DNA from: Parvibaculum sp.
GTDB lineage: Bacteria > Pseudomonadota > Alphaproteobacteria > Parvibaculales > Parvibaculaceae
Length of the DNA: 64,000 nucleotides
Assembly: GCF_040882025.1 (NCBI RefSeq)
Contig: NZ_JBBECC010000152.1
Location: 4,715 to 68,714, forward strand
Direction: 5' to 3'
Shown here: one piece after another, positions 10,676 through 19,943 of the stretch
Numbering within the stretch: the stretch's first letter is position 1
Layout of the letters: each line of letters starts with the position of its first letter
Position numbers and translations under genes: made by a program
The notes under the pieces: generated by a model
Seen by the model: only the letters and a program-made list of their open reading frames with translations
What the model was told of the DNA's origin: nothing
Database searches by the model: none

Positions 10676-11425
10676 ATGCTCGAGATAAAGAACCTGCATG
10701 TAACGGTGGACGGCAAGGAAATCCTGAAGGGGATCGACCTCCATGTTCGCGCGGGTGAAGTCCATGCCATCATGGGACCGAACGGCTCCGGCAAGTCGAC
10801 GCTGTCCTACGCCCTTGCCGGGCGCGAGGGCTATGGCGTGACCGAGGGCTCGGTCCGTTTCAAGGGCCGCGACTTGCTGGAGATGGACGTCGATGAGCGT
10901 GCCGCTGCCGGCATCTTCCTCGCCTTTCAGTATCCGATCGAAATCCCGGGTGTCACGACAATGACCTTCCTGAAGACGGCGCTGAACGCGCAGCGCAAGG
11001 TACGGGGGGAAGACGAACTGGATGCCGTGCGTTTCCTCAAACTGGTGCGCGAGAAGGCGAAACCAATCAACGTGACCGACGAAATGTTGAAGCGCGCGTT
11101 GAATGTCGGTTTTTCGGGTGGTGAGAAGAAGCGCGCTGAGATTCTGCAAATGGCGCTGCTGGAACCCTCACTTGCGGTGCTCGACGAAACGGATTCAGGT
11201 CTTGATATCGACGCGCTGAAAACGGTTGCGGCGGGCGTCAATGCGCTCAGAAGCCCCGAGCGCGCGATGCTGGTCATTACACATTATCAGCGCCTGCTCG
11301 ACTACATCGTGCCCGACATGGTGCATGTTCTTTCCGGCGGGCGCATCGTCAGGAGCGGCGGCAAGGAACTGGCTCACGAACTTGAGAAGTCGGGCTACGC
11401 AGCTTATGACGCGGATGCGGCGTGA
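10676..11425 (+). CDS. sufC: Fe-S assembly ABC ATPase SufC
   Basis: GPNGSGKST, FQYPIEIPGV, GFSGGEKKR, LDETDSGLDID. Confidence 0.98.
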   Translation: MLEIKNLHVTVDGKEILKGIDLHVRAGEVHAIMGPNGSGKSTLSYALAGREGYGVTEGSVRFKGRDLLEMDVDERAAAGIFLAFQYPIEIPGVTTMTFLKTALNAQRKVRGEDELDAVRFLKLVREKAKPINVTDEMLKRALNVGFSGGEKKRAEILQMALLEPSLAVLDETDSGLDIDALKTVAAGVNALRSPERAMLVITHYQRLLDYIVPDMVHVLSGGRIVRSGGKELAHELEKSGYAAYDADAA

Positions 11426-11432
11426 GGAACGG

Positions 11433-12749
11433 ATGAGCGATAGAGCCGCACAGATATTCGCAGAAACTTATGATCGGGAGCGCACGGCGCTGCCCGGCAC
11501 TGACGGCTGGCTGGCGCGCCGCCGCGACGCGGCGCTGAAATCCTTCGTCGAGGCCGGCCTGCCGCATCGGCGCCTTGAGGAATGGAAATATACCGACCTG
11601 CGGCAGGTGCTTGAAAAGGCCGCTTTCGTGCCTGCTCCGGCTCACGAGGGAGCAGTCGTCCTGCCCGATACGGCGTCTGCGTCGGCCTTTGCGGCGATTG
11701 ATCGTCATCTTCTCGTCTTCGTCAATGGCCGCCATCGCGCCGATTTGTCGAAAGCCGTGCGCCTGCCGAAAGGCGTTGAACTTCATGCGCTGGCTGACGT
11801 GCTCCACGAACAATGGGCGAAGGAGCTTGTCGAGCGCCGTTTCGACGACGCGCGCCAGTCCGAGAATATTGTCGATCTCAACACGGCGTTGATGCGCGAT
11901 GGCGTCGCATTGCGCATCCGCAAGGGTATCCGCCTCGATAAGCCCTTGCATCTGCTCTTCCTCGCCGCAGATGACGGCGCGTCGCATACCCGCAATCTGA
12001 TCCTGCTGGAAGAGGGTGCGGAAGCGACGATATTCGAAAGCCATATCGGCGAGGCCGCCGCTTTCGCCGACATCGTCACCGATGTGTCGTTGGGTGACAA
12101 TGCGCGCCTCTCCCATGTAAAGCTTCAGGACGAAGCGGCGGGCGCCGTTCATCTGGCGACCCTGCGCACCCGCCTTGCCGCCAAATCCCACCTGTCGAGT
12201 TTCACGCTGACGCTCGGCTGTGGGGTCTCCCGCATGCAGAATTTCATCCTCTTCGCCGGCGAAGGCGCGGAGGTGCATGCCAATGGCGCCTATGCATTAA
12301 GGGCCGCGCAGCATGCCGACCAGTTCTGCGTGATCGACCATGCAACGCCGGATTGCACCAGCCACACTCTGTTCAAGGGCGTTCTGGACGGAGCATCCGA
12401 AGGTGTCTTTCAGGGCAAGGTCATTGTGCGGCCCCATGCACAGAAGACGGATGGCCGTCAGATGACGCATGCACTGCTGCTTTCACGCGATGCAGCAATG
12501 AACGCCAAACCCGAACTCGAAATCTATGCGGACGATGTGCAATGTGCACACGGTTCGACGGTCGGCGAGATTTCACGCGATGCAATCTTTTATCTGCGAT
12601 CGCGCGGCATTCCGGAGACGCAAGCACGCCAGCTTCTGGTGTCGGCATTTCTCGATGAGGCACTCGCTCTCGTCCCGCATGAGATGGCCCGCGACGCGCT
12701 AAAATTGCTGATCAAAGGCTGGTTTGCGGATGAGGGGGGCAGGTCATGA
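11433..12749 (+). CDS. sufD: Fe-S assembly protein SufD
   Basis: EEWKYTDL, FQGKVIV, KPELEIYADDVQCAHGSTVG, FYLRSRGI. Confidence 0.96.
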   Translation: MSDRAAQIFAETYDRERTALPGTDGWLARRRDAALKSFVEAGLPHRRLEEWKYTDLRQVLEKAAFVPAPAHEGAVVLPDTASASAFAAIDRHLLVFVNGRHRADLSKAVRLPKGVELHALADVLHEQWAKELVERRFDDARQSENIVDLNTALMRDGVALRIRKGIRLDKPLHLLFLAADDGASHTRNLILLEEGAEATIFESHIGEAAAFADIVTDVSLGDNARLSHVKLQDEAAGAVHLATLRTRLAAKSHLSSFTLTLGCGVSRMQNFILFAGEGAEVHANGAYALRAAQHADQFCVIDHATPDCTSHTLFKGVLDGASEGVFQGKVIVRPHAQKTDGRQMTHALLLSRDAAMNAKPELEIYADDVQCAHGSTVGEISRDAIFYLRSRGIPETQARQLLVSAFLDEALALVPHEMARDALKLLIKGWFADEGGRS

Positions 12750-13990
12750 ACAGCCCGGTTCTCAAATCCGAAACCTATGACGTCGCCCGTATTCGTGCCG
12801 ACTTCCCGATCCTGTCGCGCGAGGTCTATGGAAAGCCGTTGGTCTATCTCGACAATGCTGCTTCGGCACAGAAGCCGCAATCGGTGATCGACGCGGTGAC
12901 GCATGCCTATGCCGCCGAATATTCGAATGTTCATCGCGGGATGCATTACCTGGCCAATGCCGCGACCGAGAAATTTGAGGAAGCGCGTGAAACCGCCCGC
13001 GCTTTTCTGAATGCGGCCTCGACCGACGAAATCGTCTTCACGTCCGGTGGTACCGATGCGATCAACCTGGTGGCGTCATCCTATCTGGAACCGCGCATCG
13101 AAGCTGGTGACGAGATCATCCTGTCGGTGCTGGAACACCACTCGAACATCGTTCCGTGGCATTTCCTGCGCGAGCGACATGGCGCTGTATTGAAATGGGT
13201 GCCGGCGACGGACGAAGGTGATCTCGATCTCGACGCTTATGAAAAACTTTTCACGCCGCGCACAAAGTTTGTCGCTGTGACGCAAATGTCGAATGCGCTC
13301 GGCACAATTACGCCGGTCAAGACGATGATCCGCATGGCGCATGAGCGTGGTGTGCCGGTGCTGGTGGATGGTTGTCAGGGCATCGTCCATCTCCCGACCG
13401 ATGTGCGCGATCTCGATTGCGATTTTCTGGTTGGCACCGGCCATAAGCTCTATGGACCGACCGGCATTGGCCTGCTTTACGGGAAGTTGGCACATCTGAA
13501 GACGATGCGGCCTTATCGTGGCGGTGGCGAGATGATCCGGGAGGTCGGCTTCGACGATGTCAGCTATGCCGCGCCCCCACACCGTTTCGAGGCGGGAACG
13601 CCACCCATCGTCTCCGCTATTGGCTTGGGGGCGGCGCTTTCCTATATCGAGTCTGTTGGCCGGGAGCGGATTGCAGAGCATGAAGCCACGTTGCGTGACT
13701 ATGCGACTCGCCGGCTGTCGGAAATCAACAGCCTCCGCATCGTTGGCACAACGAAAACGAAGGGAAGCATCGTTTCCTTCGTGATGGACAACGCTCATCC
13801 GCACGACATCGCGACCGTGATCGACAGAGCAGGTGTCGCGGTGCGGGCGGGGCATCATTGCGCACAGCCGGCAATGGAACGTTTTGGCGTGGGCGCAACG
13901 GCGCGCGCCTCCTTCGCGATGTACAACACGGTCGATGAAGTCGACCGTCTCGTAGACGCACTGATCGACAGCAAGAAGTTTTTTGAGTAG
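12746..13990 (+). CDS. sufS: Group II cysteine desulfurase SufS
   Basis: YLDNAASAQKP, LEHHSNIVPW, GHKLYGPTGIG, RAGHHCAQP; ATGA overlap with sufD. Confidence 0.97.
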   Translation: MNSPVLKSETYDVARIRADFPILSREVYGKPLVYLDNAASAQKPQSVIDAVTHAYAAEYSNVHRGMHYLANAATEKFEEARETARAFLNAASTDEIVFTSGGTDAINLVASSYLEPRIEAGDEIILSVLEHHSNIVPWHFLRERHGAVLKWVPATDEGDLDLDAYEKLFTPRTKFVAVTQMSNALGTITPVKTMIRMAHERGVPVLVDGCQGIVHLPTDVRDLDCDFLVGTGHKLYGPTGIGLLYGKLAHLKTMRPYRGGGEMIREVGFDDVSYAAPPHRFEAGTPPIVSAIGLGAALSYIESVGRERIAEHEATLRDYATRRLSEINSLRIVGTTKTKGSIVSFVMDNAHPHDIATVIDRAGVAVRAGHHCAQPAMERFGVGATARASFAMYNTVDEVDRLVDALIDSKKFFE

Positions 13991-13998
13991 GGCGGATC

Positions 13999-14388
13999 AT
14001 GGCCGAAGATGCGAATATGATCGAAAATGCGGATACGATGCCCGGCGAGGCTCCGCGCGCCTCGGCGATCCCGCAGGAAGAGATCGACCAGATCACCGAT
14101 GATATTATCGCCGCCCTCAAGACAGTCTACGACCCCGAAATCCCGGTCGATGTCTACGAACTCGGCTTGATCTACAAGGTAGATATTTCCGACGATCGAG
14201 ACGTCGTCATCGACATGACATTGACAGCGCCTGGTTGTCCCGTCGCCGGCACCATGCCGGTCATGGTTGAGGACGCGGTGCGGACCGTCGAAGGTATTGC
14301 CGATGTGCGCGTCAACATGACCTTCGACCCCCCTTGGGACCCGAGCCGGATGTCCGACGAAGCGCGCGTCGCGCTGAACATGTTCTGA
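13999..14388 (+). CDS. sufT: SUF system Fe-S maturation protein SufT (DUF59)
   Basis: VYDPEIPVDVYELGLIY, MTLTAPGCPVA, FDPPW. Confidence 0.93.
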   Translation: MAEDANMIENADTMPGEAPRASAIPQEEIDQITDDIIAALKTVYDPEIPVDVYELGLIYKVDISDDRDVVIDMTLTAPGCPVAGTMPVMVEDAVRTVEGIADVRVNMTFDPPWDPSRMSDEARVALNMF

Positions 14389-14759
14389 TGGAGCCGATGA
14401 TGGCCAGACAGATGCCGAAAGCGATAACCCTTACGGAAGCCGCCGCCGCGCGCATGAAGGAAATCATGGCCGCGTCGAACGGTAAGTATATCGGCGTGCG
14501 CATCGGTGTGAAGAATGGCGGCTGCGCCGGCATGGAATACACGATGGAATATGCCGAAGCCGTCAATCCGCTCGACGAAGTGGTGGAAGACCGCGACGTC
14601 CGGATTCTGATCGACCCGAAGGCGATCCTGTTCCTGCTCGGCACCGAGATGGACTACGAGGAGGACAAATTCGCCTCAGGCTTCCGCTTCAACAATCCGA
14701 ATCAGACTGATGCCTGTGGCTGCGGCGAGAGCGTGACCATCGTCCCAGCAACCGCCTGA
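14388..14759 (+). CDS. sufA: A-type Fe-S carrier (SufA/IscA, HesB family)
   Basis: GGCAGMEY, F.FNNPN, CGCGES. Start uncertain (14388-14412). Confidence 0.92.
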   Translation: MEPMMARQMPKAITLTEAAAARMKEIMAASNGKYIGVRIGVKNGGCAGMEYTMEYAEAVNPLDEVVEDRDVRILIDPKAILFLLGTEMDYEEDKFASGFRFNNPNQTDACGCGESVTIVPATA

Positions 14760-14764
14760 ATATT

Positions 14765-15160
14765 ATGGCTGTCAGTGCCGAATACAAGGAATTCGTGACC
14801 GAGCAGCTCGAGCCTCTGGGCCCTGTCCGCATTCGCAATATGTTTGGCGGCGCGGGGGTCTATCTGGACGATCTGATGTTCGGCCTCATCGCTGGTGAGA
14901 CGCTCTTCTTTAAGGTCGATGAGCGCAACCGTGCCGACTACGAAGCGGAAGACAGTGGCCCTTTCATCTACGAGCCGCCGTCGGGCAAGACGATAGCCAT
15001 GTCGTATTACGAGCTGCCCGAACGGCTCTATGACGAGCCCGACGAATTGACCGACTGGGCGCGCAAGGCGCTCGACGCCGCGCTGGCGGCCAAGGCCGCA
15101 AAGCCGGTCCCCAGGAAAGACCGGAGCCCGCGAAAAAAAGCCGCGCGTCCCGGAAAATAG
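14765..15160 (+). CDS. TfoX/Sxy N-terminal domain protein
   Basis: RNMFGGAGVY...FGLI...LFFKVD, MSYYELP; Lys/Ala-rich C-terminal tail. Confidence 0.88.
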   Translation: MAVSAEYKEFVTEQLEPLGPVRIRNMFGGAGVYLDDLMFGLIAGETLFFKVDERNRADYEAEDSGPFIYEPPSGKTIAMSYYELPERLYDEPDELTDWARKALDAALAAKAAKPVPRKDRSPRKKAARPGK

Positions 15161-15184
15161 GACGCGCGGCCCGAAAGACAAAAA

Positions 15185-15253
15185 ATGCCTCACATGATTT
15201 TCTTCATCGCAGTGATGTTCCTCGCTCTGCTGGCGAGCTGCATCATCGGATGA
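15185..15253 (+). CDS. Candidate 22-aa hydrophobic small protein (MPHMIFFIAVMFLALLASCIIG)
   Basis: Fills most of the tfoX-crotonase gap. Host-like codons (TTC, ATC, CTC, CTG) and an uninterrupted apolar helix; weak SD. Confidence 0.4.
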   Translation: MPHMIFFIAVMFLALLASCIIG

Positions 15254-15262
15254 TCGGGTAAC

Positions 15263-16054
15263 CTAGTTGCCTTTGAATTGTGCCGGCCGCTTCTCGAGAA
15301 AGGCACGCACGCCTTCCTTGAAGTCCTCACCGTTGCCCGCCGTCCGCTGGAGCTGCCGCTCGAGGTTGAGCTGCTCTTCATATGTGTTGTCGGTGCTTTC
15401 CCAATAGAGCTGACGGATCATGCCGAGCGCCTTGGTCGGCCCGCTGGCGAGGTCTGTGGCAAGCTTGTGCGCTTCCGCCATCAACACCTCGTCGTCGAAA
15501 ACGCGGTTGACGAGGCCCCAGGAAAGGGCTGTTTCGGCCGGCAGCTTTTCACCCAGCAGCGATAGTTCCATCGCACGCGCCTTGCCGACAAGACGCGGCA
15601 GAATCCATGTCGAGCCTCCGTCCGGCACAAGCCCGATGCGGCGAAAGGCTTGCAGGAAATAAGAGGAACGGGCGCAAAGCACGAGATCGCCCATCAGCGC
15701 GAAGCTCATGCCGACGCCGGCGGCCGGTCCGTTGACGGCGGTGACGAAGGGCATTGGCAGGTTCCGCAAGCGCCTCAAAAAAGGGTGATACATCGTTTCA
15801 AGCGCCGAGCCGGCGTCCGGTCGCGCGCCGGAATTGTCGCCGCGCCCCTGCAGGTTGGCACCAGTGCAGAAACCGCGTCCTTCGCCGGTCATCACGAGAC
15901 AGCGCAATCCGTTCTTCGGGTCTTCCACGGCGTCCAACGCCTTCATCAGTCCGCCCAGCATCTCCGGCGACACGGCGTTCATCACCTCCGGGTGATTGAG
16001 CGTCAAAATGCCCACATTGCCGTCGATATCGAGTTTGACCCGCTCGAATTCCAT
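15263..16054 (-). CDS. Enoyl-CoA hydratase/isomerase (crotonase, PaaG-like)
   Basis: FCTGANL, AVNGPAAGVG, IGLVPDGGSTWILPRLVG, DFKEGVRAFLEKR. Confidence 0.92.
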   Translation of the reverse strand: MEFERVKLDIDGNVGILTLNHPEVMNAVSPEMLGGLMKALDAVEDPKNGLRCLVMTGEGRGFCTGANLQGRGDNSGARPDAGSALETMYHPFLRRLRNLPMPFVTAVNGPAAGVGMSFALMGDLVLCARSSYFLQAFRRIGLVPDGGSTWILPRLVGKARAMELSLLGEKLPAETALSWGLVNRVFDDEVLMAEAHKLATDLASGPTKALGMIRQLYWESTDNTYEEQLNLERQLQRTAGNGEDFKEGVRAFLEKRPAQFKGN

Positions 16055-16099
16055 ACTCGTCTCCCTGTTCCGTGTGTCGTTTTGTTTCGGATGATGTCG

Positions 16100-16891
16100 T
16101 CAGGCCTTGAACGCCGGTTCCTTCTTCGTCAGGAATGCCTTGACGCCTTCGGCGAAATTCGGGTGGTCGCCCAGCATTCCCTGCACGTCGCGCTCATAGT
16201 CGAGCTGTTCTGCGTAGCTGTTGCGCGCACCGGCATCGATCGCCTTGCGGATTTCCCCGAAGGCGTTGGTAGGTCCATTGGCGAGTTTGGCCGCTACCGT
16301 CATGGCCGCTTCCATCAGCGCCGTATCCTTGACGCATTTCCAGATCAAACCCCATTCAGCCGCCGTTTCGGCCGGCAACTTGTCGCCGATCAGTGCCAGG
16401 CCTAGTGCACGCGCACGTCCCACGAGTCGCGGCAGGTGCCATGTGCAGCCAAGATCGGGAATCAAGCCGAGCCTCGGTCCGAATACCTGCACAAAGGAAG
16501 CGGAATGCGAAGCGAGAGTGATGTCGGCCGCGAGCGCGAGACCAACGCCACCGCCTGCAGCAACACCGTTCACTGCCGCAACAATGGGTTTCGGCAAGGC
16601 GTAGAGTTCGCGCATCATCGGGTTGAAACCGATAGTCATGCCGTGCGCCACACCCTGGCCGATGCTCATGCCTTCCTGGCGCTGGCCCTGGGCGGCAAGG
16701 TCGGCGCCGGCGCAGAAGCCGCGGCCGGCACCTGTGATGACGAGCACCCGGGCGTCGGCATTGTTCGCGACCTCGGCCACTGCGGTGCGCATATCCGCGA
16801 TGAGTTGAGTGTTGATGCTGTTCAGCACCTCAGGCCGGTTCAGCGTCAGCAGAGCGATGTTGTTGTCGGTCTCGAGAGTGATGGTTTCCAT
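16100..16891 (-). CDS. Enoyl-CoA hydratase/isomerase (crotonase, PaaG-like)
   Basis: FCAGADL, AVNGVAAGGG, LGLIPDLGCTWHLPRLVG. Start taken as ATG 16891 by alignment with the neighbouring paralog. Confidence 0.92.
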   Translation of the reverse strand: METITLETDNNIALLTLNRPEVLNSINTQLIADMRTAVAEVANNADARVLVITGAGRGFCAGADLAAQGQRQEGMSIGQGVAHGMTIGFNPMMRELYALPKPIVAAVNGVAAGGGVGLALAADITLASHSASFVQVFGPRLGLIPDLGCTWHLPRLVGRARALGLALIGDKLPAETAAEWGLIWKCVKDTALMEAAMTVAAKLANGPTNAFGEIRKAIDAGARNSYAEQLDYERDVQGMLGDHPNFAEGVKAFLTKKEPAFKA

Positions 16892-17039
16892 GTGGCGCGC
16901 CTTCCCGGATTGCGGGCGATTTCCGCTGTTTCCGGGGGAGCATAGTCGCGCGCCGGTCATGACGGAAGGCCGTCTGCGTGAACCAACGTTCCGTTGCGTC
17001 AATGAATCTGAGTTCGGCGGACCGGGCGGGAAAAGCGCC

Positions 17040-18107
17040 TTAGCTCGCTTTGGCCTGGGGAACGCCGGGCTCGTGCATCTCCGTGATGACACAATTGCGG
17101 CCCGCGTGTTTTGCTGCGTAGAGGCAACCATCGGCGCGTTCGATCAGGCCCGCCCCTGTCTCGCCGGGCCGCAAGAGGGCGATCCCCATCGACATGGTAA
17201 CGCGGCCGAGCGTCTCGCCCGTAGACCGCTTGACCAGTTCGCGCGCCTGCACGGTTTCGCGAATCTTGTTGGCCACTGTCTCGGCCATTTCGATCTCGGT
17301 CGCCGGCATGACGACGGCGAATTCCTCGCCGCCATAGCGTGCGACGAAATGATGCTGCAGCGCCCCTGATTTGAGGCAGTTGGCGACAAGCTTCAGGACC
17401 TGGTCGCCGGTCCTGTGACCGAACGTGTCGTTGAATTTCTTGAAATGGTCGATATCGCCGATGACGAGGCAAAGCGCTTTTCCGTCGGCGCTGGCCGCCG
17501 CCATCTCGCGCGCCAGCGCTTCGTCGAAAGCCTTCCGGTTGTTGACGCCGGTCAACCCGTCGGTCCGCGCCTCGCTGTGCGCTTTCTCGAGATTCTGCTG
17601 CAGATCGTTGAGTTCGCTCTTGGTCGCATGAAGTGTTTCTTCCAGCTCTGCGCTACGCTCTTCCATCTTGCGTGAAGCGGCGATGATCGCTTCGACAGCA
17701 TGTGCCACATCGTTCGGCGTAGAATGGTTGGTCAGCGCTTCGCTTGCCGCGCGTACTGATTGCCCGAAAGTGCTGGAATTTCCCGCCGTTTCCTCAATGA
17801 TCTTCAGGATGCGGTCGACTTCGGTGTTGAGCTTTGCGCCGGTGCTAATCGTGACATCGGTCAGGTTGCCGTCGCCCATGAACTGCTCGTGCAAAGCGAT
17901 CGCCGTCTCTGTATCGACAGGCTCGTGCCTGGCGATCCGCGCGTCGATCTCCTTGTTGAGATCCGGCGTCCGGCCGGACGCGTAGTGGAACCAGATGGTG
18001 TAGTTTTCGGGAGACGGCGGAATACCGCTGTCCGCCATCAGCCGAAGGGCCGCGGCACTCCACTCGGCTGCAAATTCGATTTCTTCTCCATTCATCACGA
18101 ATACCAT
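17040..18107 (-). CDS. Diguanylate cyclase (GGEEF) with coiled coil, Caulobacter DgcB-like architecture
   Basis: TDGLTGVNNR, DIDHFKKFNDTFGHRTGD, ARYGGEEF; N-terminal PENYTIWFHY domain. Confidence 0.93.
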   Translation of the reverse strand: MVFVMNGEEIEFAAEWSAAALRLMADSGIPPSPENYTIWFHYASGRTPDLNKEIDARIARHEPVDTETAIALHEQFMGDGNLTDVTISTGAKLNTEVDRILKIIEETAGNSSTFGQSVRAASEALTNHSTPNDVAHAVEAIIAASRKMEERSAELEETLHATKSELNDLQQNLEKAHSEARTDGLTGVNNRKAFDEALAREMAAASADGKALCLVIGDIDHFKKFNDTFGHRTGDQVLKLVANCLKSGALQHHFVARYGGEEFAVVMPATEIEMAETVANKIRETVQARELVKRSTGETLGRVTMSMGIALLRPGETGAGLIERADGCLYAAKHAGRNCVITEMHEPGVPQAKAS

Positions 18108-18407
18108 CCCCGCCTACCGCCACGCGGCTACCTTTGTCTGCCGGAAACCCTAGGGGAATTCGGTTACGCCACTGTAAATTCCAATGAAAAACAGCCGTTT
18201 TTCTCAACCTGACGCTGCGTTTGAGCCGAAACGGCTGTTGGCGCCCGGGGAGGGGGCTCTCAAAGCGCGCATCCTTATGTATATTTCGGGAAAATCGTGG
18301 GTTCGGCTGGCGTCACACGCCGGACCTGGAGGAAATACCAGCAGACGGGCCGTACCCCCCGGACCGGCCCGGACAGGCCCAGTGGGCCGACGCAAGGAGG
18401 ACTTCAA

Positions 18408-19871
18408 ATGAGCTTGGCGGAGCAAACCACCCACGAAGCGGATTCGGCGACCATCGGTGCCTCGATCCGGGCGATTCTCGACCGCCAGAAAGCGGCACAC
18501 ATCAAGGATGGCCCGCCCAGCGCGGAACGTCGCATCGACTGGCTTGATCGTGCCATTGCGTTGATTGTCGATAATCAGAAGGAAATTGCCGAGGCACTGG
18601 CTTCCGATTTCGGTCATCGCAGTCACGAACAGACATTGTTGACCGATGTGATGGGGTCGATCGGGCCGCTGAAGCACGCGAAAAAACATTTGCGTCAATG
18701 GATGAAGCCGGAAAAGCGCAAGGTGCAGTTTCCGCTCGGGCTGCTCGGCGCCAGAGCGCGCGTCGAATATCAGCCTCTTGGCACCATCGGTATTATCAGC
18801 CCCTGGAACTTTCCGGTGAACCTCACCTGGACACCGCTGGCTGGCGTTTTCGCGGCCGGCAATCGCGCCATGATCAAGCCATCGGAATTCACACCCGCGA
18901 CGTCGGAGTTGATGGCGCGCATGTTGCGCTCTGCCTATGACGAAACGGAAGTTGCCGTTGTTACCGGCGGCCCGGCCGTCGGCGAAGCTTTCAGCAGGCA
19001 ACCCTTCGACCACCTGCTTTTCACCGGTGCCACCTCGATTGCCTATCATGTGATGCGTGCTGCGGCCGAAAACCTTGTGCCGCTGACGCTGGAGCTCGGC
19101 GGCAAGTCGCCCGTGATCGTCTCGAAAACCGCGAAAATGGACGAGACGGCCGCCAAGATCATGAGTGGCAAGACGCTCAATGCCGGCCAGATATGTCTCG
19201 CGCCGGATTATGTCTTCGTACCGGAAGGGCGGGTCGATGAGTTCGTGTCGGCGGCCACGAAGTCGATAACGAAGATGTACCCGACGATGAAGGACAATCC
19301 GGACTACACCTCGATCATCAACAGGCGCCACTTCGACCGCATCAACGGCTATATCGAAGATGCGAAAAACAAGGGCGCGAAGCTGGTCGAGATCAATCCG
19401 GCAAATGAGGACTTCAGCCAACAGCAGGCCCACAAGATTCCGCCGACGCTGGTGCTTAACCCGACCGACGAGATGAAGGTGATGCAGGACGAGATTTTCG
19501 GGCCTGTGTTGCCGGTCAAAACCTACAAGCATCTCGACGAGGTGCTGGGTTACGTCAACGCGCACGACCGTCCGCTGGGCCTCTACTATTTCGGCGAGGA
19601 CCCGAAGGAAGAGCGCACGGTGCTCGACCGCACGACCTCGGGCGGTGTGACCGTCAACGACGTCATCATGCACGTCTCGATGGAAGATCTGCCTTTCGGC
19701 GGCGTCGGGCCGTCTGGCATGGGCGCCTATCATGGCCTCGACGGTTTCCGGACGTTCAGCCATGCCAAGGCCGTCTACACGCAATCCAAGGCGAAGATGG
19801 TCGCGGAAATGTTCCGTCCGCCTTACGGCGAAAAAACCCGCAAGATGCTGGGTTCGCAGATCAAGAAATAA
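18408..19871 (+). CDS. Aldehyde dehydrogenase (ALDH3/coniferyl-aldehyde dehydrogenase-like)
   Basis: PWNFP, KPSEFTP, FTGAT, LELGGKSP, NAGQIC, EIFGP, PFGGVGPSGMG; SD AAGGAGG. Confidence 0.95.
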   Translation: MSLAEQTTHEADSATIGASIRAILDRQKAAHIKDGPPSAERRIDWLDRAIALIVDNQKEIAEALASDFGHRSHEQTLLTDVMGSIGPLKHAKKHLRQWMKPEKRKVQFPLGLLGARARVEYQPLGTIGIISPWNFPVNLTWTPLAGVFAAGNRAMIKPSEFTPATSELMARMLRSAYDETEVAVVTGGPAVGEAFSRQPFDHLLFTGATSIAYHVMRAAAENLVPLTLELGGKSPVIVSKTAKMDETAAKIMSGKTLNAGQICLAPDYVFVPEGRVDEFVSAATKSITKMYPTMKDNPDYTSIINRRHFDRINGYIEDAKNKGAKLVEINPANEDFSQQQAHKIPPTLVLNPTDEMKVMQDEIFGPVLPVKTYKHLDEVLGYVNAHDRPLGLYYFGEDPKEERTVLDRTTSGGVTVNDVIMHVSMEDLPFGGVGPSGMGAYHGLDGFRTFSHAKAVYTQSKAKMVAEMFRPPYGEKTRKMLGSQIKK

Positions 19872-19890
19872 TCAGTGACGTCGAGCAAAC

Positions 19891-19922
19891 AAAAAGGGCG
19901 GCTCCAACGAGCCGCCCTTTTC
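19891..19922. terminator. Bidirectional rho-independent terminator
   Basis: AAAAAGGGCGGCTC-CAAC-GAGCCGCCCTTTTT between convergent genes. Confidence 0.9.
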
Positions 19923-19943
19923 TATCGGGAGAGATTCCGGAAT

